Of a DNA stretch of 64,000 nt, positions 62,977 through 64,000 are shown one piece after another. The notes beneath the pieces are model-generated. The model made no database searches. It had not been told where the DNA came from and saw only the letters and a program-made list of their open reading frames with translations. The stretch covers positions 22,459-86,458 of the forward strand of contig JBDRDJ010000025.1 of NCBI GenBank assembly GCA_043820815.1, read 5' to 3'. This stretch comes from Candidatus Omnitrophota bacterium (GTDB lineage: Bacteria; Omnitrophota; Gorgyraeia; Duberdicusellales; 4484-171). A program made the position numbers and the translations under genes. Within the stretch, counting starts at the first letter, position 1; each line of letters starts with the position of its first letter.

Positions 62977-63852
62977 TTATAGACGGATAAAGGTACGGAA
63001 TTCTTTCAATTCTTTTTGGATTTTTTGAGTAAAGGGTAATTTGGCGGGAAGGAAGGGTATGTCGATAGTTGACTCCGTCCCCTCTATTCTTTTGAGGTGA
63101 AGTGTAACTTCCTCAACCGCCTCACGGTAATTGCAATAATCGCAGGTTTTGCTGGCGGGCGGGATTTGATCCTGCTGAAGACATGCGTGAATCTCTTTTA
63201 TTTTATCCTCAACCCAGTTATCGCTTCCTTCATAAGTGATCAGGGTAAGGTCAAATTCAAGCTTTCCGTCAAATTTTTCCAAACCGGTATTTCCGTTACA
63301 ATATATGAGATATCCCGTATTTGAGACTTTTAGGCCGTTTCTCCTCAACAGCCACTGATAAACATCCATCTGACGCTTGTAGCTGTTCTGCCATTCTTTA
63401 TTTAGTTCGGTTATCTCTTCATTCTTGCTGGTCGCCTTATAATCTACCACGATATATTCACCGGCGGAATTCCGCCAAAGATCATCTGTCTCACCGGTAA
63501 TAATCAGATTAGTCGGCTCATGAAGACATTTAACACCTTTAAACTTCCCCCTCCACTCATCAAGCATTTCATGCCATACGGGCACAGCATCTACGCCGTA
63601 CTTCTCAATCAATGGATGCGCCTTGCCGTCTTTGCGTAAAAGATCGAATTCTTTTTTAAGCAATTTATCCACGGCGCTGTTTAAGGTAAACGGAAATCCT
63701 TTCGGCCTGTCCACCCCCAATCTCCTGTCCATATAAAAACATTTGGGACAGTTGATATAAAGGTCCATCTTGGCCCTGCTTATTTTGAAAGGCTTTGAAT
63801 CACCGGGATCATAAATATTCTTTGTGCGTTTTGGGATGTGATATTGGGACAT
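62977..63852 (-). CDS. PD-(D/E)XK nuclease superfamily protein (Cas4/RecB-like, Cys4)
   Basis: CPKC near the N-terminus and CDYC near the C-terminus, with ETDDLW, VVDYK and QMDVYQWLL (QxxxY) motifs. Confidence 0.65.
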   Translation of the reverse strand: MSQYHIPKRTKNIYDPGDSKPFKISRAKMDLYINCPKCFYMDRRLGVDRPKGFPFTLNSAVDKLLKKEFDLLRKDGKAHPLIEKYGVDAVPVWHEMLDEWRGKFKGVKCLHEPTNLIITGETDDLWRNSAGEYIVVDYKATSKNEEITELNKEWQNSYKRQMDVYQWLLRRNGLKVSNTGYLIYCNGNTGLEKFDGKLEFDLTLITYEGSDNWVEDKIKEIHACLQQDQIPPASKTCDYCNYREAVEEVTLHLKRIEGTESTIDIPFLPAKLPFTQKIQKELKEFRTFIRL

Positions 63853-63871
63853 AATTACATACTTCCTTTCT

Positions 63872-64000
63872 TTAACGGCCGGATTTATTTTCCTCTATAA
63901 AGGCTTTTATCTTATCCACATATCTGTCAGATTCTTCCTGCTGGCTTATTTCGGATGTTGTGCTTAAGGATTCATCAACAACGAATTCGTGTCCTGTCCA
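63872..64000 (-). CDS. C-terminal 42 codons of an unidentified protein (5' end outside window)
   Basis: Hand translation gives an open frame WTGHEFVVDESLSTTSEISQQEESDRYVDKIKAFIEENKSGR* ending at TAA 63872-63874. Confidence 0.3.
   Translation of the reverse strand, partial: WTGHEFVVDESLSTTSEISQQEESDRYVDKIKAFIEENKSGR

Noticed and set aside
1-64000. CRISPR arrays, rRNA/tRNA genes, and IS elements with terminal inverted repeats
   Set aside because: The intergenic gaps are all 130 nt or shorter. None contains regularly spaced repeats, tRNA cloverleaf features or transposase-flanking inverted repeats. No transposase-like ORF is present.

Overview
This is a low-GC 64-kb window. Every called gene is on the minus strand except one two-gene ABC transporter. 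The gene content includes Kdo transferase, LpxK, an LpxL-like acyltransferase, six GT9 domains, Wza/Wzc/Wzx/Wzy, Rex and a membrane-bound group-4 [NiFe] hydrogenase. This points to a diderm, anaerobic or fermentative bacterium, possibly from an uncultivated lineage (inference only).

Blocks in coordinate order:
(1) 1-15.8 kb: surface-glycan locus with a WecA-like initiating transferase, GT9/GT4 enzymes, AsnB, three methyltransferases, Wzx, a Wzy/ligase-family protein and a Wzc-like tyrosine kinase.
(2) 15.9-21.9 kb: a RiPP-like operon plus a convergent ABC-2 exporter. The operon encodes PqqD, a radical-SAM/SPASM enzyme, an unlisted 53-aa Cys/Thr-rich precursor candidate, an HPr-kinase-like protein, an S26-like peptidase-GNAT fusion and a PF14907-type nucleotidyltransferase. 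The whole block sits between wza and wzc.
(3) 21.9-25 kb: Wza-like exporter, HD-GYP protein and an ExeA-like AAA ATPase.
(4) 25-30 kb: envelope and miscellaneous genes (YdbH-like, YnbE::YdbL-like fusion, thermonuclease, lipoprotein, SDR, aldo/keto reductase).
(5) 30-46.2 kb: a Mbh/Mrp-type group-4 [NiFe] hydrogenase operon. It is headed by AsrA/AsrB-like NAD(P)H-module genes and by a sigma70-like promoter with a near-consensus Rex operator. It is followed by a HycI-like protease, a truncated HypA-like gene, a HypC::HydE fusion, Rex and a HydG with a variant C-terminal Cys motif.
(6) 46.3-57.8 kb: LPS core and lipid A genes (three GT9, deacetylase, GT4, GT4::GT9 fusion, LpxL::ELM1-like fusion, LpxK, WaaA).
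(7) 57.9-62.3 kb: xerC/D-like, topA, dprA, aroK.
(8) 62.4-64 kb: accessory genes (frameshifted ORF6N gene, Cas4-like PD-(D/E)XK nuclease, partial ORF).

The two strongest candidates for something undescribed are the hybrid RiPP-like operon and the HypC::HydE/HydG maturation set attached to a [NiFe] rather than [FeFe] hydrogenase. No tRNA, rRNA, CRISPR array or IS element was found. All functional calls come from reading motifs by eye in the supplied translations and from hand translation. No database search was possible.
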